64,000 bases of DNA from Lama glama (GCA_028534125.1 CM052817.1:5520001-5584000); one strand, 5' to 3'; positions 49,320 to 63,559 are shown, counted from the stretch's first letter. The notes: generated by a model not told the origin, from the letters alone. Program-made: numbers and translations.

Positions 49320-51005
49320 TCCGAATGTTACATAAATGGGCATCGTTTAGTACGCAACCTGTTGAGGTGGGCTCTTTTCACTCAGCATTATTCATGGGAG
49401 CTTCATCCCCGCCGACATGTCGTCCACGATCCATTCCTTTTCACTGGGAGCGGTCCTCTGTGCTGTGGGGGGGACCATGGCTTGTTTATCCACTCAGCTA
49501 TTGGAGAACATCTGGGTTATTTCCAGTTCATGGTTATCATGCGTCAAGCTGCTAAAAACATTCATGTACAGGTTTGCCTGTTAACACATGTCGTGTTTTC
49601 TGGAGTAAACATTCAAGAGTGCAGTGGCCATCTAGTATGGTAATTGCATGTGTAGTTTTTTAAGAAACTGCCAGCTTTTCAAGAGTGGCTTGACCATTTT
49701 ATATTCCCACCGGCAACACGTGAGGAGTCGTTTCCCCACACCCTGGCCAACATTTGGTGGTGGTGCTGTGTTTATTTTAGCCACTCTGATACGTTTGTAG
49801 TAACAGCTCGTCGTGCTTTTAATTTGCACATCCCTAATGAGGCTGAATATCTCCTCCCGTACTTATTTGCCATCTGTCTGCCTCTTCATTGAAAGGTCAG
49901 TTCTTGTCCTTTGCCCATTTTCTAATTGGATTGTTTGATTTTTTTTCTTTAACTGTTGAGATTTGACAGTTCTTTATATATTCTGAATACTAGTCCTTTG
50001 TGGGATGTGTGGTTTGCAAAGTTGTGTTTTGTTTTGTTTTTTCAGTCTGTAGCTTATCTTCTTATCCTCTAACAGGATCTTTATGTAGAACAAAAATTTT
50101 TAATTTTGATGAAGTCTCATTTAACAATTTCTCCTTTAGTACTTTTGATGTCAGGAACTCTTTGCCAGGCCTAAATCCCAGAGATTTTTTTTTTCCTATT
50201 TTTTTCCCCCTGAATTTTATAGTTAGATTTTACACGCAAGTCCATGATCCATTTTGAGTTAATTTTTATATGACATAGGAGACTTGGTTCAAGGTTTTTT
50301 GGTTTTGTTTCTGCTTTTTTTGTTGTTGTTGTTCATTGGTGTCCAATTGTTTTACGCTATTTGTTGAAAAAACTTTTCCCTCAGTGAATTGCTTTTGTAC
50401 CTTTGCCAAATATCAGTTGGGCATAATTGTGCAGGGCTATCCTGGATTTCAGGGGTTTGTATATCTGCCCCTCCACCAGGACCACACATTCTTGACTACA
50501 GTAGCTATATTGGAAGTATTGTCTTATTCCTCTCAATTTAGTCTTTTTCAAAATTAGAAGTTTTACTTTTTTTATTTATTTACTTTTTATTGAAGTATAG
50601 TTGATTTACAATGTGTTAGTTTCTGGTGTACAGCATAGTGATTCAGTTATATATATATATGTGTATATATATATATATATATCCCTTCTCGTATTCACCT
50701 ATTACAAGATATTGAATATGTTTCCCTGTGCTGTACAGTTAGGACCTTATTGTTTATCTGTTTTATATACAGTAATGTATGTTTGCAAATCCTGAACTCC
50801 CAACCAACAACATTAGAAGTTTTAGAATAATCTTGCCTATCTCTATAAAAAGTCTTGCTGTGAGTATGTAGGAACTGTGTTATACCTGTATATCAATTCG
50901 GGGAGAATTGACAACTTTATTGTGTTGAGTCTTCTAATCCACGAACATGGCATGTCTTTCTATTCAAAGCTTCTTTGATTTCTTTCATCAGCATTATGTG
51001 TCTTT
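49320..51005 (-). mobile_element. Old L1M (L1MB-like) fragment containing a younger nested L1 tail at 50566-50811
   Basis: Antisense L1 ORF2 and 3' UTR text throughout; inner element flanked by a perfect 13-bp TSD attagaagtttta (50553-50565 and 50812-50824). Confidence 0.8.
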
Positions 51006-51424
51006 AGCATACGAGTCTTCATCTTCCCAGAAGCAGAAGTTCCCTAATGAGTCTTTGAGCCTGCTGTGCAGTAACTTTCTGTCCTGTCCCCTCTCATGCA
51101 AGGTTAAGCTGCTTTTGCTCATCTCTGTCTTACCTGCTGTGCTTAGACAGCCCCATGATCTTAGTGGGTCCGTAGTGAATCCTGCGTTCACTGGATACAA
51201 CTCCCCTCCTTTCACAGGGCTCTGTAGGACGGTGGCACTTCGCTACCCTGCTCACTCTGAGACTGGGTGCCGTGAATGGCACTCAGCACTTCTCGGGGCA
51301 GGTGCCTGCCACCAGCACAGTGGTACCCTGACCGGTCAGGGTTAGTTCTCTCGCAGGGGAGCAAGCAGGTGTGCTGGTAGTGCAACAAAACACAGTGCTT
51401 TACATGTCATTCTTTATGTTGTAG

Positions 51425-51510
51425 GTAAATTCAACTGGAAGGGAACTATTAAAGCAGCTCTGAAGCAAGCCCCCGACAATGAAATGACAATCAGAAAGCT
51501 AAGGAAAAAG
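51425..51510 (+). CDS. LYAR: LYAR coding exon 7
   Basis: ttgtag|; GKFNWKGTIKAALKQAPDNEMTIRKLRKK; donor AAG|GTATGG. Confidence 0.96.
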
Positions 51511-52002
51511 GTATGGCGCATGAACCCGGTATATAAGCTAGGGGGGTTCAGTTCTTTACTTTAGGATGTACAGTTTTGTTCTGCTTTTCTGAATCTAAAA
51601 TACTGTAGCTGAGCGTGTACGTGTCTCAGCGGCTCTCGAGCTGCTCCTGTCGGCCTCGGGCGTGTGTGGAGGGAATGGGGCCGGGGCCCGCCAGCACCTC
51701 CTCTGCCCGACCGATGCCCAGATCAGATTGCAAATCACTGCTCCAGATAGGGTGCTGCCTTTTGATTATTCCAGAACAGTGTTTCTTTTCTCTTTTTAAC
51801 TTTTTGTTGGTGTCAGACTCGTGCAGCCAAGTACTCACACATGGGCAGCTACATGAACTGTCACGAGCAGGACGCATTGTGTAACCGGCCCCTGCGTCCC
51901 TCCATTTGTCACTGTTGGCCTTATTCTCGGTCAAAGAAAGGACATTTTAGGTAAATTTTCAGGAAAAAGATACCTATTTGACAGTTGTTTTTCTCTGCGA
52001 AG

Positions 52003-52137
52003 GTTTTAGCCCAGTATTATGCTGTGACAGATGAACATCACAAGTCTGAAGAGGAACTCCTGGTCACCTTCAACAAGAAAGTCAGCAAGAACCCCACCTT
52101 TAAGTTATTGAAGGACAAGATCAAACTTTTAAAATGA
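52003..52137 (+). CDS. LYAR: LYAR last coding exon with stop
   Basis: ttctctgcgaag|; VLAQYYAVTDEHHKSEEELLVTFNKKVSKNPTFKLLKDKIKLLK; TGA at 52135-52137. Confidence 0.96.
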   Translation, partial: VLAQYYAVTDEHHKSEEELLVTFNKKVSKNPTFKLLKDKIKLLK

Positions 52138-52294
52138 ACATTTTTATATTGAAAAACTGGATCCACTCTGTTGATTTCTTCCTTTTACCACTGTTTGTAA
52201 ACATGCAATGAATTATAACAACTCAAATTTTGCTTTCCAAAGGTGTATTTTTAAGTTAAGAAAAATATATTTTTTGGTAGACCTTATATAAAAA

Positions 52295-52300
52295 AATAAA
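52295..52300 (+). terminator. LYAR: LYAR polyadenylation signal AATAAA
   Basis: First canonical AATAAA, about 160 nt after the stop, in an AT-rich 3' UTR. Confidence 0.75.
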
Positions 52301-54819
52301 ATATATTCTCATCCCAAGTTCTAAATTTGTGGCAGTGAAAATTATATACTTTAAAAAAGAATTTTTATTTTTTGTGGGGGAGGTAATTAGGTTTTTTTTT
52401 TTTAAGCAGAAGTCCTTCCTTCTTTCTTTCCTGTTTTTCTTTTTTTTTTTTTTTGATGCCTTTTCTGACATTCCAGGTATTTGCGCTGGCCATTTTCCAT
52501 GATGCTGCTTACAAACAGGACTGGGGAGAAGATGGGCTGTGTTCTGCCCACCAAAAGATGTGTGTGTGACTGTTGCACTCTGGGGTCCTCTTTAAAGTCA
52601 AGACACACGAGGCGTTTTGTGGTCTGATGAGGAAACTGAGGCTCAGAACAGTGAAAGGAAGGCCAAGCAGGAGTGACCTCGGCTGCCGCTCCTCTGATCG
52701 GCTGGACCGCCGGACCCGGGCAGATGCAGAAATCTAAGAATTCAAGCAGCTGATGGCAGGGGCACATAGGTGGAGGAAGTTTAAAAACCACTCAAGTTTC
52801 CCCAGGTTAATTTTGCTTCAGGCAGGCACAAGTGCCTTGTTACCTTGGTGTGAAGTAAGACGACGCCTCTGAGAAAAGAGGCTTTCAAGGACCCTGTTCC
52901 TAGTTCTCTGTTTAAACCCACCACACAGGGTGTTTATCAGAATAAGCTATTAAAGTCAAGATGAATAGCATTGTGGCAGGTCTGCAGATTTCTATGAAGA
53001 GCCTTGAGAAGTTCTCATGTAATCCTTCTAAACATATCATTTTTCTTTCAGTTAAATCTTGAGCTGACCAGGTCCTGTTAAAACAATTTACTTTGATAGT
53101 ATCAAAGTAGCCTGTAATTGCCTCTCTTTTCCAAGATTAATTTCTAGGGGGAAGAAAATAGAAGCAGCCTTCGGTATAGACTTGTTTACTTTTGACGCAC
53201 TGTTGCAGTTGAATAAGGAAAGATTTAAGAGACCAGTTGTTCTGTTCAATTCATCTGCATCAGTGAGAGCACTGATAGTGTATCTTTGCTCTTTATACCA
53301 CCACGGAAACAGAACTTTGTAGCTGCTTTTTGGTTTTGTGTGTGTGTGTTTTTGGTTTTGGGGGGTTTTGTTTTGTTTTTTATCTCAACGATGAACCTGG
53401 TCTCCAGCACAGAGTAGATAATTGTATACTGTTAACTTTTACCTGGCTACAGAGCCATGACACCGTAGCAGGAAGACTGTAACTCCTTCCCCGTGGAAGG
53501 AAGTCAGAGATCTGTTACTACACTCGTCTGAGATGAGAGACGGCATTGATACTTACCAGTACTTTGTGGTTACAGGATCTCAGCATATATTCAGCCTTTA
53601 TTTCTTCTAATTAAGTCTTCAGTGTGTAAAATAGGTCTTCCAAGCTTCTTTCTCTATTTAGTGAGCCAAGGAGAGCGTATTGCGTTTCCCTTAGTAGGTG
53701 CAGAAGTGTTACTTTATATGGATTCCTGAATTACACATAGGCGGGAGGGTGGCTGTGTAGTTAATCCTGCTCTCTCTCAGTAAACTGGATTTTGGCAGAA
53801 GAGTTGGTGCACGGGAGAGCCTTGCTCCTTTCAGCTTCAGGAGAGGAATGATTGATCCTAAGCATGTAGTGGGATTTCACATCTCGAGATTCTGCTGGGA
53901 ATTTGTGCTCATTGTTTTTTGCTTTTCCTCACAAATGTATGCTTGGACCTGAATCCTCTGGTACCGTCAGGGCCTGCAATTCTGCTCTAAGCCTCTTATT
54001 GAAACCCTTGTAAGTCACAGAGACTCATGAGATAATTCCAGAGTGCCCACCTGGGCCCGGCTCTCCCCCATCTGTAGGAACAGGGAGACAGACAAGCTGG
54101 AGGCAAGCACAGTAGATGTCCTGGGGGTGAACGGCTCCCCCGGAGGGAATGAGTCCTTCCGCCTGGGGTGGGGGTGGGGGCGTTAGGTTATTACTTGGCT
54201 CCGGTGAACGGTACTTACTACTTGCTGTATTGGGTCATCTTTCCCTTATTCCTGCCACATCCCCTTTCACCCCGACTTCCACTCCCACCCACGTGGGAGG
54301 CAGTGGGAGGCGATAAACTTTAAACGGGGCTCCCTGCGCCAGAATGAGACCTGACATCCAGTCCGACTTTATGTTATTAACCAAGGACAGATTATGCAGC
54401 TTCCCTGCACCTCAGGGTTTTTATCTATTGTACTGCTTCCTAGGGTGGAGAGAGTGAAATTAAGATATTGAAAACTGGGTGTCTGGCACATAGTTAAGTA
54501 TCTGAAAATATTTCAAGTGCATGAAGTTGGCCCAGACAGCAGTGTCTAACATTGATTTCTGAGGCACAGCCCCGAGAGAGGCCCCATCCTCCAGGTACAA
54601 TGCTTTTTCCAGCACGCGGCTCTCCAAGTGACTGGACCTGAGGAACCACAGTGGCCAAACCAGGCAGCACGTTTTAATGAAGAAATCCACTTTAATTCTG
54701 AAGTGCTACTCTAGTTTCCAGTATCATCGCCTCGCCATGTGATACTGAATATGTATCTATCTGTAACCAAGTTTCAAGATACAGATACAGTCATAAAACT
54801 GCCCGGCCTTTTTTTGGGC

Positions 54820-55350
54820 TAAACTTTCTATTGGAGTACATAGTCATAGAGACATAAAAACCTACATGGGCAGCACAAAGAATTCCACAAAGTGCACACA
54901 CTTAGGCTGTTGCTACCCAAATCAAAGAAATAGACTATTTAGCCCAAGAGTGATCATACCCTTACTTCTGGGTTGGTTTAGCCTGGTTTTAAATTTCATG
55001 CAAATGGAATCATAGAACATGTACTCTTTGGTGTCTGGCTTCTTTCACTTGAGATGCCATGGGATTCATCCATGTTGCTCTGTAACAGGAATTCGTGCAG
55101 ACTTTTTTATTACAGTGTTTATCCATCCTGCTGTCGGTGAGATGTTCACTCTTCCCAGCAGGGCTGGATGCTCATGGAATTGACATCTATATATCCCCTG
55201 GTACCTCCACTTTCTCATTTCTGCTGAGTGCATGCCTGGGAGTGGAACTACTGAGTCATCAGCTGTATTTCAGCTTTAACAGATACAGCCAGATGGTTTT
55301 CCAGGGTGCTCTTACCAGTTTACACCGCCACCCTCAGTGTAAGAGGGGAC
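54820..55350 (-). mobile_element. Old L1M 3' fragment
   Basis: aaatggaatcatagaacatgtactctttggtgtctggcttctttcactt...gattcatccatgttg. Confidence 0.65.
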
Positions 55351-57947
55351 ATGGGTTTATTTTGCCCCCAAATGCACTGAAATTGAATGTCTCAAATTTC
55401 TAGCTCTGTATCTAGCTCCCCAAAATAGCAGTTAAATTCAATGCTGTCAAGTGGAATCCCTGGGGGTGACTACTATGATCAAACTGGAAAATGGTATCTC
55501 CAAGTTTTCACAGCAGATTTCAGTCTTGGATGATGTGAAAAATAAATCAGAACAGTAATTTCCCCTCAGCTTAAAGAATGGCATCTTCTTAGGTACACAA
55601 CCACCGTCCTCTGAGATTTTAGATTTTTCACCTTCTGGAATTTGGGGCTGAACAGTCCTTCTAACTGTCTGCCTAGGTTACAAACAATGAGGATTTCTGA
55701 GACAGCTATAGGCACTGGTGGAAAGAGACATTTCTTTGTTTTGAGTGCAAAGGCTAGTTTAGCTTTTTTTTTTTTTCTTGTTATGGGATCCAGGGAAACT
55801 TTAATTTATTCCCTTTGATATAAGTGATTAAACTGCCCCTTTAGTAGCTTAAATTGTAATTGCTGAGTAAATACATATGTTTGTCAGGGTTGAAAGGTCA
55901 GACATCACTGGGAAGGTCAGGCCTTTGGCCACAGAGCGGGTATTGCGAGCTGCTGAAAGCCGACCTTTGCTGCTCTGCCTGCCTGGTGACCTCGGGCGCC
56001 TTCTGTCGGAGGCTTGTGGTAGTCTGTACCTTACATTTCTCCACCGGGGATCAAAGGTAGCTGTAAAGACCGTCCCAGTGGGTCATTTCTGCGAGCACTG
56101 CTCTTGGGATCTGACATCAGGTTTACATCAAGACACTGATGGTAACGTTATAGGCTGGGCCTGCTCCCACCTATTTTATCCTGAACAGAGAGGTATGTTA
56201 TAGCTAAAATTGAAGCAGCAATCTCTCTTCTCAGTTTTAGGAAAAAACTAAGGTAATAGAATTTTCTGTTTTAAGGTGTCCCTGGATAACATTTCTTAAG
56301 CCTCCTGGCACTTGTTACCCCTCAGTTCTGGCTTAGACGCTGTGAGAGTTAGCATAAACGTTTACAGCACTTGGTTCTTTTTTGCTTAATTTATCCACAT
56401 TTCATGCTGTACCCCCAAAGGGCTTGGTGCTCTACTATTTGAGGAAGTTTGAGAATACCAGGTCCAGAAGGAGAGGCGGGGGTTCCAGAGAGCATCATCG
56501 CGGCGGCAGGCGCTGCGTGTTGGGGCTCCAGGCCAGCTCTGAGTGGGCCCCTGACACCGCTCCTCCGGTTTCCAGCCTGATGCTGGGATTCATGAAGTCA
56601 CCAGTTTTGAAAGGTTGGTGTTTTCTCCCCCTCGTTTTGTTTTCTTAACTTGAGGGCCCACAGGTTTACTCCAGAGCTGTGGCCTTGCTGGTGGAGGTGA
56701 TGCCCGAGGGAAGGTTACAGAGTCCAGCCGACCCTCTGCAAGTGGGGGTTTGCCCTCTGGGACGACCTCGAAATACCTGGATTCTCCTAAGGTTGGCAGG
56801 GGCTCTTCCATGGGCTCTGTTCAATGTACATGTGTTTGCATATTTAATTTTGTGATTTCCAGGACATCCAGATGAGCAACATGTTGAGTCTCTTAGGGAA
56901 TGACAGATTCTTACCGACATAAAAGCAGTCCCCAGTTAGCATTTCTGTACTGTTGTCCGGCGTGTCCTAAGCTGTCAAGCAACAGCAAGTAGATTTTATC
57001 TGACCTGTAATAAAAGAAAGGTTCATATAGTGAGGTCTGGGGAGGTCACTCTGGCTTATACATAAGTTAACTGGAATTTTATGCTCTCTGAAACAGCCTG
57101 TGTGTGGCCTATCAAACATACATTGTACATCTGCTTCAATTATAAACGAAAAGGACATATGGACTAGAAGGAAAGAATGTCCGAGTTAAAAATGAAGATA
57201 AATGCCCCTCTTCCTGGGACCCCCACACTGGTCCTCCCTGATGACGAGACTCCCTTCTCAGCGCTGAGGCCACACACTGTATGTGCTGTATGTGCACCTG
57301 ATGGTCTGGCTTTTTTTTTTTTAAACCTTAAAGAAACATGTCCTGATTGTTTACTGTTCTTTTTTTCTGACAAGATATAACACTGCTGAAAAGCCTGCTT
57401 CTCTGGAGCAGTTTCTCAGAGTAATCTGGTCATCAGTTTGGCTCAGATAAAACTCTTTTTCTATTCTTATTGAATGATTGTTGATTACCTTCATTGACAC
57501 CAATTCACTCCAGTCAATCGGGGGTGGTTTTCCGGTGTGGTTCAGGACTTTGAGGTCTTCGCCTGCTCTTAGGACGAGGAGGATGCTGTTTCCTGTTAGC
57601 AGGCCGGGTAGGAAAGGCACAACCAGGTCACCCACCACATGTTGCCGTCCAGGTTGCTAACCGGACAAGGGAATCCTGCACCAGGGAGCCAGCACTCGGC
57701 AAGAATGAGCCCCAGGCACTCGGACTTTCCCACAGTTTCTGTCCTGAGATGCTCTGCATCGTTAGCACAGCAGCTCAGAGCTTAGGCTCGGGAGCCAAAC
57801 TTCCGAGGGTTCAAGTTCTCTCTCCACCTCCCTAGCTGTGAGGCTGGGCAGAGACCTGAGAGATGATGGGCCCTTATGCGCTGGGAAACTAGGTATTTAC
57901 TCAGCAGTGGGGCAATTAAACTACTGAACGGGTCGTTCCATCATTTA

Positions 57948-58394
57948 CAGGCAAACCTCATTTTATTACAATCCACAGATACTGCAGTTTTTACAAACTG
58001 AAGCTTCGTGGCAACTCTGCACCACACAAGTCTACTGGTGCCATTCCTCCAACAGCATTTACTCACTTTCTGTCTCTGTCACATTTTGGTCATTCTCTCC
58101 AGATTTCAAACTTTTCCATTACTATTATATCTGTTACAGTGATCTGTGATCAGGGTTCTCTGATGTTACTATTGTCATTTTTTGTCTTGCATTTTAAATT
58201 CAATAAACGTATATACATTGGCTTTTTTTAGACATAATGCTGTTGCACCCTTAATTTAATAGACTCCAGTATAGTGTAAAGATAACCTTTATATACACCA
58301 GAAACCAAAAAATTCATGTGACTGGCTTCACTGAGATACTCGCTTTACTGAAGTGGTCTGGAACCAAACCTGCAGCATCTCCAATGTCTGCTTA
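57948..58394 (+). mobile_element. Tigger1 internal-deletion derivative (TcMar-Tigger)
   Basis: ta|caggcaaacctcattttatt...ttttacaaactgaag...gtggcaact at the left end; gtggtctggaaccaaacctgcagcatctcc at the right end; TA flanks. Confidence 0.85.
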
Positions 58395-59048
58395 TATATC
58401 AAGGAAATAAAGCTTCCCTGGATCCCATAATGAAAGAGCTTTGTGCCTCAATTTCCTCACGTATAAAATGGGAATCCTGCCTCATCTGGTTGCTGCTACA
58501 AGGATTAAACGGTTGCTATGGGTGCAGTGCTTGGTCAGAGACGGCCACTGTCTTCACTATCCTCAATCCTCCTCTCCTTCACAGCCGGATACGTGGCCAC
58601 CAGCCTCACCCCTTTAAGGCTGTGTTGCTATGACCTGCTGCTCCTTTGGGACTGACCACGTGCCACTCTTGGACTGCCTTTCCCTACTGCCAGGATACCA
58701 CTTACTCCCCCAATAACAATAACAACTTAACCACAGCAATAATAATAGTTCCCTTTTATGGAGTACTTCCTATATGTCAGGCACAGTGCTGAGCCCTCTC
58801 TCTCCATCTATATCATTAAATCTTCCAACAGCTCGAGGAGGGTGATATTATTGTACCCATTTCACGCATGATGAGGGCAGAGAGCTTAAATGACTTGCCC
58901 CAGGTCACACAGTAAGAATCAACATTGGAACTCAGGTGTCTCCTTGATAACTTGGATTTTCTTTCCTTTGGTCAGGATCCCCATCCTTGTTTACATCTGC
59001 CTTTTCTTAGCACTGATGATTTAGATCACTATTATAAAAATATTCCAA

Positions 59049-59167
59049 GGGGAGGGTATTGCTCAGTGGTAGAGCACATGCTCAGCATGCACAGGGTCCT
59101 GGGTTCAGTCCCCAGTACCTCCACTGAATAAATAAATAAAACTAATCACCCCTACAAAAATTAAAAA
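59049..59167 (+). mobile_element. tRNA-derived SINE (camelid vic-1-like)
   Basis: ggggagggtattgctcagtggtagagcacatgctcagcatgcacagggtcctgggttcagtcccc; TSD core atattcca on both sides. Confidence 0.88.
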
Positions 59168-60839
59168 GATATTCCAGGTGGAGCTTAAAAAAAATGTCCA
59201 GGCCAAGGACTTTCAAGTGGTTTTCATGATGGGTCATGAGATCAGAAAGCCCTTTTCATGGTTTTATCCAATTTATGGTGTCATGGTTACTGGAGCTCAG
59301 AATGTATTCAGCCTTTATCCCTTCTTCTGATTAAGCTTCCAGAAATGGTTAAAATGGGCCTTGTAAGCTGGTTTACTTAGTGGAAATGGATGATAATGTG
59401 AGGTAGACTATATTATTAAAAACATGGGAGCTTTTTGAAAGGAAAATTAGTTTTATTTGATCAGATCATTAACAGGCCAAGTTCCAGGCGCTGAACCATT
59501 TAAATTGTATCAACAAGACTGGCGTTAACGGCCTGGAGGATTCTGGTTACCTGGGGAGGACGGCCAGCCAGGATATACCTCCATTCTCCCCTGATAGCAG
59601 CTCAAATGTTAGCAATTAATACAGAAGACTGTCCCCCCGCAGAACTCAGTGGACCCAAACATTGCTCCCCAATTGGCCACACAGCCAGAATTTCCAGGAG
59701 TGCTTGGGGCCACACACAGACAAGGATTCCTGCCTACCTGGCCTGTCCACTCAATTCTAGGCCTGTTCCCTCCCACTTACCTCTTCCTTTTCTTTCTAGT
59801 TTTAGGGACGGTCCTTTTTCCTGGCCTGACCTTTTGGTTGAGGCCAGTATCTCTCTTCTGCCTGATAAGCTGGCAGCCACAAGGAAGCTTCCCCACTCAC
59901 CTCCCCAACGTCCGATTCGAGAAAACAGCACACTGCCTGGCCTTAGAGGGTCTCCGGGGGCTCTCCTCTGCTGGTGCAGTAGACATCTGGTGGGCTCACG
60001 TTGATTTCCCTTCTGTGAGAATGCCCTGTGCCTCTCACTGCTTAAGAAGGACGGGTCCAGAGAAACCCCCAGGCAGAGCGACACAGGTGCTGAGTGTGCG
60101 AAGCAGGCGGGCGTGCACGCAGATGCTAAGGATCAGAGGGATGGTGCCAGGCACACCACCATCTGCTACAGCTGACTCCTGTTTATGTCCCTAGAGCTGT
60201 CCTGGCTGTCACCCTCACTCAGACTTGGCTGAAATCCTTTTTCTTTCAATCTGTGGAATACTTCAGAGGGATGCCAATAAGCTTCTTTTTAAAAAATTGT
60301 ACATGTATTTTATGATGATAATGGTTATACTATGGTTGTCATTACTATTACTTAGTTGGTTGCATTGTGGTTAACTAAAAGAACCTCTCCCAGTGGAGCT
60401 AGCTGAGTAACACATGGGCGGGAAATAACTAGGTCCATTTGAAGCGGGTCCAAGTGACAGTCACTCTGGGGTGACATGTACTAACGCTGCCTGCCTGTGT
60501 GGCAAACTCATTCAGACTCTTCGTCACCGACTATGGAGAGTGAAGAAAAACAAAACAAAACAAACAAAAAAATAGGTATGAACATGATTAACCTTCAAAG
60601 GTAGATAATAAACTGGAAAAAATACACTTGTCACTAATTTGATATTCAGTGATATCTCTGATCTATAAAAATAAACAAAGAATGAAAATCCCAAAAGGAA
60701 ATTAATGTTCAAATAGCCAATTAATATGTGAAAAAATCTGTTAATAAAGAAAAACAAGTTAAAATGGCAGGCTTCCCCCAACCACCAAAAAATCAACTGA
60801 GAAAGTTTTACCAAAATGATAAAGCCAATCGTTAGTGCA

Positions 60840-61086
60840 AATGTTGAAGATGGTTTCGCCTGCCTTTTGAGACCGCCCGCATTCCACGGAGCACCTGCTT
60901 TTGCTTTAACCACCCTCGCCGTGCCTTGCGGCCTCTTTGGCTTTCTGAGATGGCCTGCACACTGTCTATGAAGTCTGTGTCTCTCTGAATGAATCTACCT
61001 TTACTCAACTGTGGCTCACTCTTGAATTCTTTCCTGTGTGAAGCCAAGGACCCTCGCTGGTGGGGACTTGCCTGAGATTGGTGACA
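60840..61086 (+). mobile_element. ERV1-type LTR, 3' portion
   Basis: U5-like text actgtggctcactcttgaattctttcctgtgtgaagccaaggaccctc ending in gtgaca. Confidence 0.55.
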
Positions 61087-63559
61087 TGGCCACCCTCTCT
61101 CGCCCCTTTACCCCTGTTTTCCTACTAAGCCCTCTTGGCTTGTCTTTCATCTCAGGGCTTCCTTCCATGTGTCTCCATGGTGGAAGCCCTCAGCCCACAT
61201 GGATGTCACAGCTTACAAACCAACAGAGGTCTTCCCAACAGCCCCAGCCGAAATCCTGCGGACTGACAGGTCTGGTCGGGGTCATGTCCCTCCCCCCCGG
61301 ACAGGGCCAGCCTCCGGAGAACATGTAGGACTACAACAGAAGGGAGAAAAAGCAGTTTTTCAGAGGAAGGGATGCTGGGTAGACCCCTGCATGTCCACAC
61401 TGCAGACTGAGGCTCAAAGTGAAAACCAGGTAATGGAATTCCTGCTACATGCCAGGTGTTTGCAAGGCACTGGGGAGCTACTAAGACATGGTTGTAGCCC
61501 CTAATCAACTGGGAGAGCACAAACAGAAGGAAAATGGCCACAAAGAGTAACTGGAGTCCAAGAAGAAGGGAATGACTGATCAGGAGGTAAGCAGGAACCA
61601 TATCTGGAAGGCCTGACAAGCCCAGATAAGTAGTAGTGAATGATAATCGCCGCTGTTTGAACATGCCAGGCACTAGGCTAACTGCTCAGTATATATTTAT
61701 CTTCACTCTGGTATCTGTGTGTCACAGATGAGGAAACTGATACTTAGAACAATGAAAAAATTTGCCCGGGGCGCAGAGTGATGGAGCCAGGAATCGATAG
61801 TCTATAAACACCCTGGACTTAACCTCATTGCTAAGGGGAGGCCAGCAAAGGTCATAGTCAAATTGATCTTTCTTTCCCACAAGCAATTCACATTGAAAAT
61901 TAAATTTCTTGGCTGGAAGCAATCTGATATCGTGTATCTATCATTAAGGTGAACAGTACAGGCATTTAAGAACTTATTTAATGGGCCCCAGCAATGAAGA
62001 TGTGGCCATTAAATACTGGATTTTTTCCAACCTGCTTTTAGATATTATCAATGTGGTCTGCAAGGAGTGCATTTAAAATATCAGGGAAGAGGAGCTGAAA
62101 GGATTTCATATCCAAACACAAAGGCCCTAAAACCACCAAAGGGGAAACCGATCTGACCTGAACATACTACATATGGAAACCCTGGAATGGCTGTGATGCT
62201 CTGGGGAATATTCAGTTACAAGAGAGACCCAGCGCTGACCTTTTTGCAAGGGGACAGTCAACAGAAGATTGCATTTGATAGGAGGATTCACTTCCTGTTA
62301 ACAAGGCTTCTAACCCTTTATAAGAGAGAGGAGGGAGGGCAAAGACTCCAGCTGTCTTTGAAGAGACTAACCCTGGTTCTTTAGGAGTCTGAAAAGAAAA
62401 AGAAAAAGAAAAAAAAAAAAAAAGCAAACCGGGAAAAAGGAGGTATTGTGGAGGAAGGCCATATGATCCACCCAGCTGTGAAATCCTTTGCTCCAAACGG
62501 TTTGCTAGAAAGACTGAGGAAATGACAGAAATATGTCTGTAGAAACTTGACATTCTTTTCTTGAATATTACATTTCTTCTGCAAATACTCACAACATATA
62601 GAAGATATTAAAAGTGCCTAATAATTCAAATTTTACTTCCTGCATGGCTTTCTGGACTATCCATCCGTGTATTCAAGCCACTCTCCCTGGTCCCCAGACA
62701 CCCCAGCAGGATGAACGGATGCCCTTTGTTCTGTGCTCCCAGAACCCCATTTACAGTGTCTCTGTTACAGCATTGGATTGAAATTGTCTTCTCCGCTATA
62801 TTCTAACATACTTCTGTCCTCGGCACTTTAGCAGATGCAGTTGCTCAGAGAATGTTTGTTGACTGAGCTAATGAAACACTTCTGTAGATTTCTAAACTCT
62901 GCTCTATACTGTAGTAAGTCTCTGTGGTCATCTTCCGCCCAGGAGCTCCTCAAGTGCAACGTCAGGTCTTATTCTTACCTCCACTGCCTAGCATGTGCCT
63001 AACAGTTTCTAGCAGATAGTAGGTGCTCAGCAAACGTTTGAATGGTTAAGCACGAAATTTCTCAACACACGACACAGTGAGAAGGCAGGAGAGCAGGAAA
63101 CAGGATTATTGACGGAAAGTAATTTGTTAATCAGTGACAGTCTTTTTCAGTCTATGAGCGTGAGCGATGGGAAAATGGCGGTTCTCCAGTAAAGTAAAAT
63201 TTAGCTCCCACATTCTCAGCTGGGGGCAATTTCTCACAAGTCCTAAGAAGGGAGCTCACACAAACCACATATCGGTGCTTCATATCTAAACCCCAGAACA
63301 AACCCATGAGGTAAGTAAAATCCTTGTTTTGCATAAGATGAAACAGGCCCCGAGAGGTTTATTTTTTGCCCAAGGGCACCCAAGCAATCAGTGCCAGGCC
63401 CAGGCTCCCTGGCCCAGCGGTCCTTTCCTCCTCCTGGGACCTCCTCCTCCGACCCTTTCAAGTCTAACTAGGCGACTCCTGAGGAGGAGGAGGCGGAGGA
63501 GGAAAGAAACTGGGGGCTGAGATGCTCTGGGCACAGGGGAGCCAGGGACAGTTCCATAC

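Larger units (their letters stand above)
35240..52320 (+). other. LYAR: LYAR gene span, cell growth-regulating nucleolar protein; transcript ends approximate
   Basis: Spliced CDS of 122+115+108+84+430+87+86+135 = 1167 nt (388 aa). Two N-terminal C2HC zinc fingers, Lys-rich nucleolar region, conserved C-terminus GKFNWKGTIKA...KDKIKLLK*. Confidence 0.96.

Noticed and set aside
59049..59125. tRNA-like sequence with A and B boxes (also at 16812, 26861 and 42369)
   Set aside because: Diverged copies with A-rich tails and TSDs; these are SINEs, not tRNA genes.
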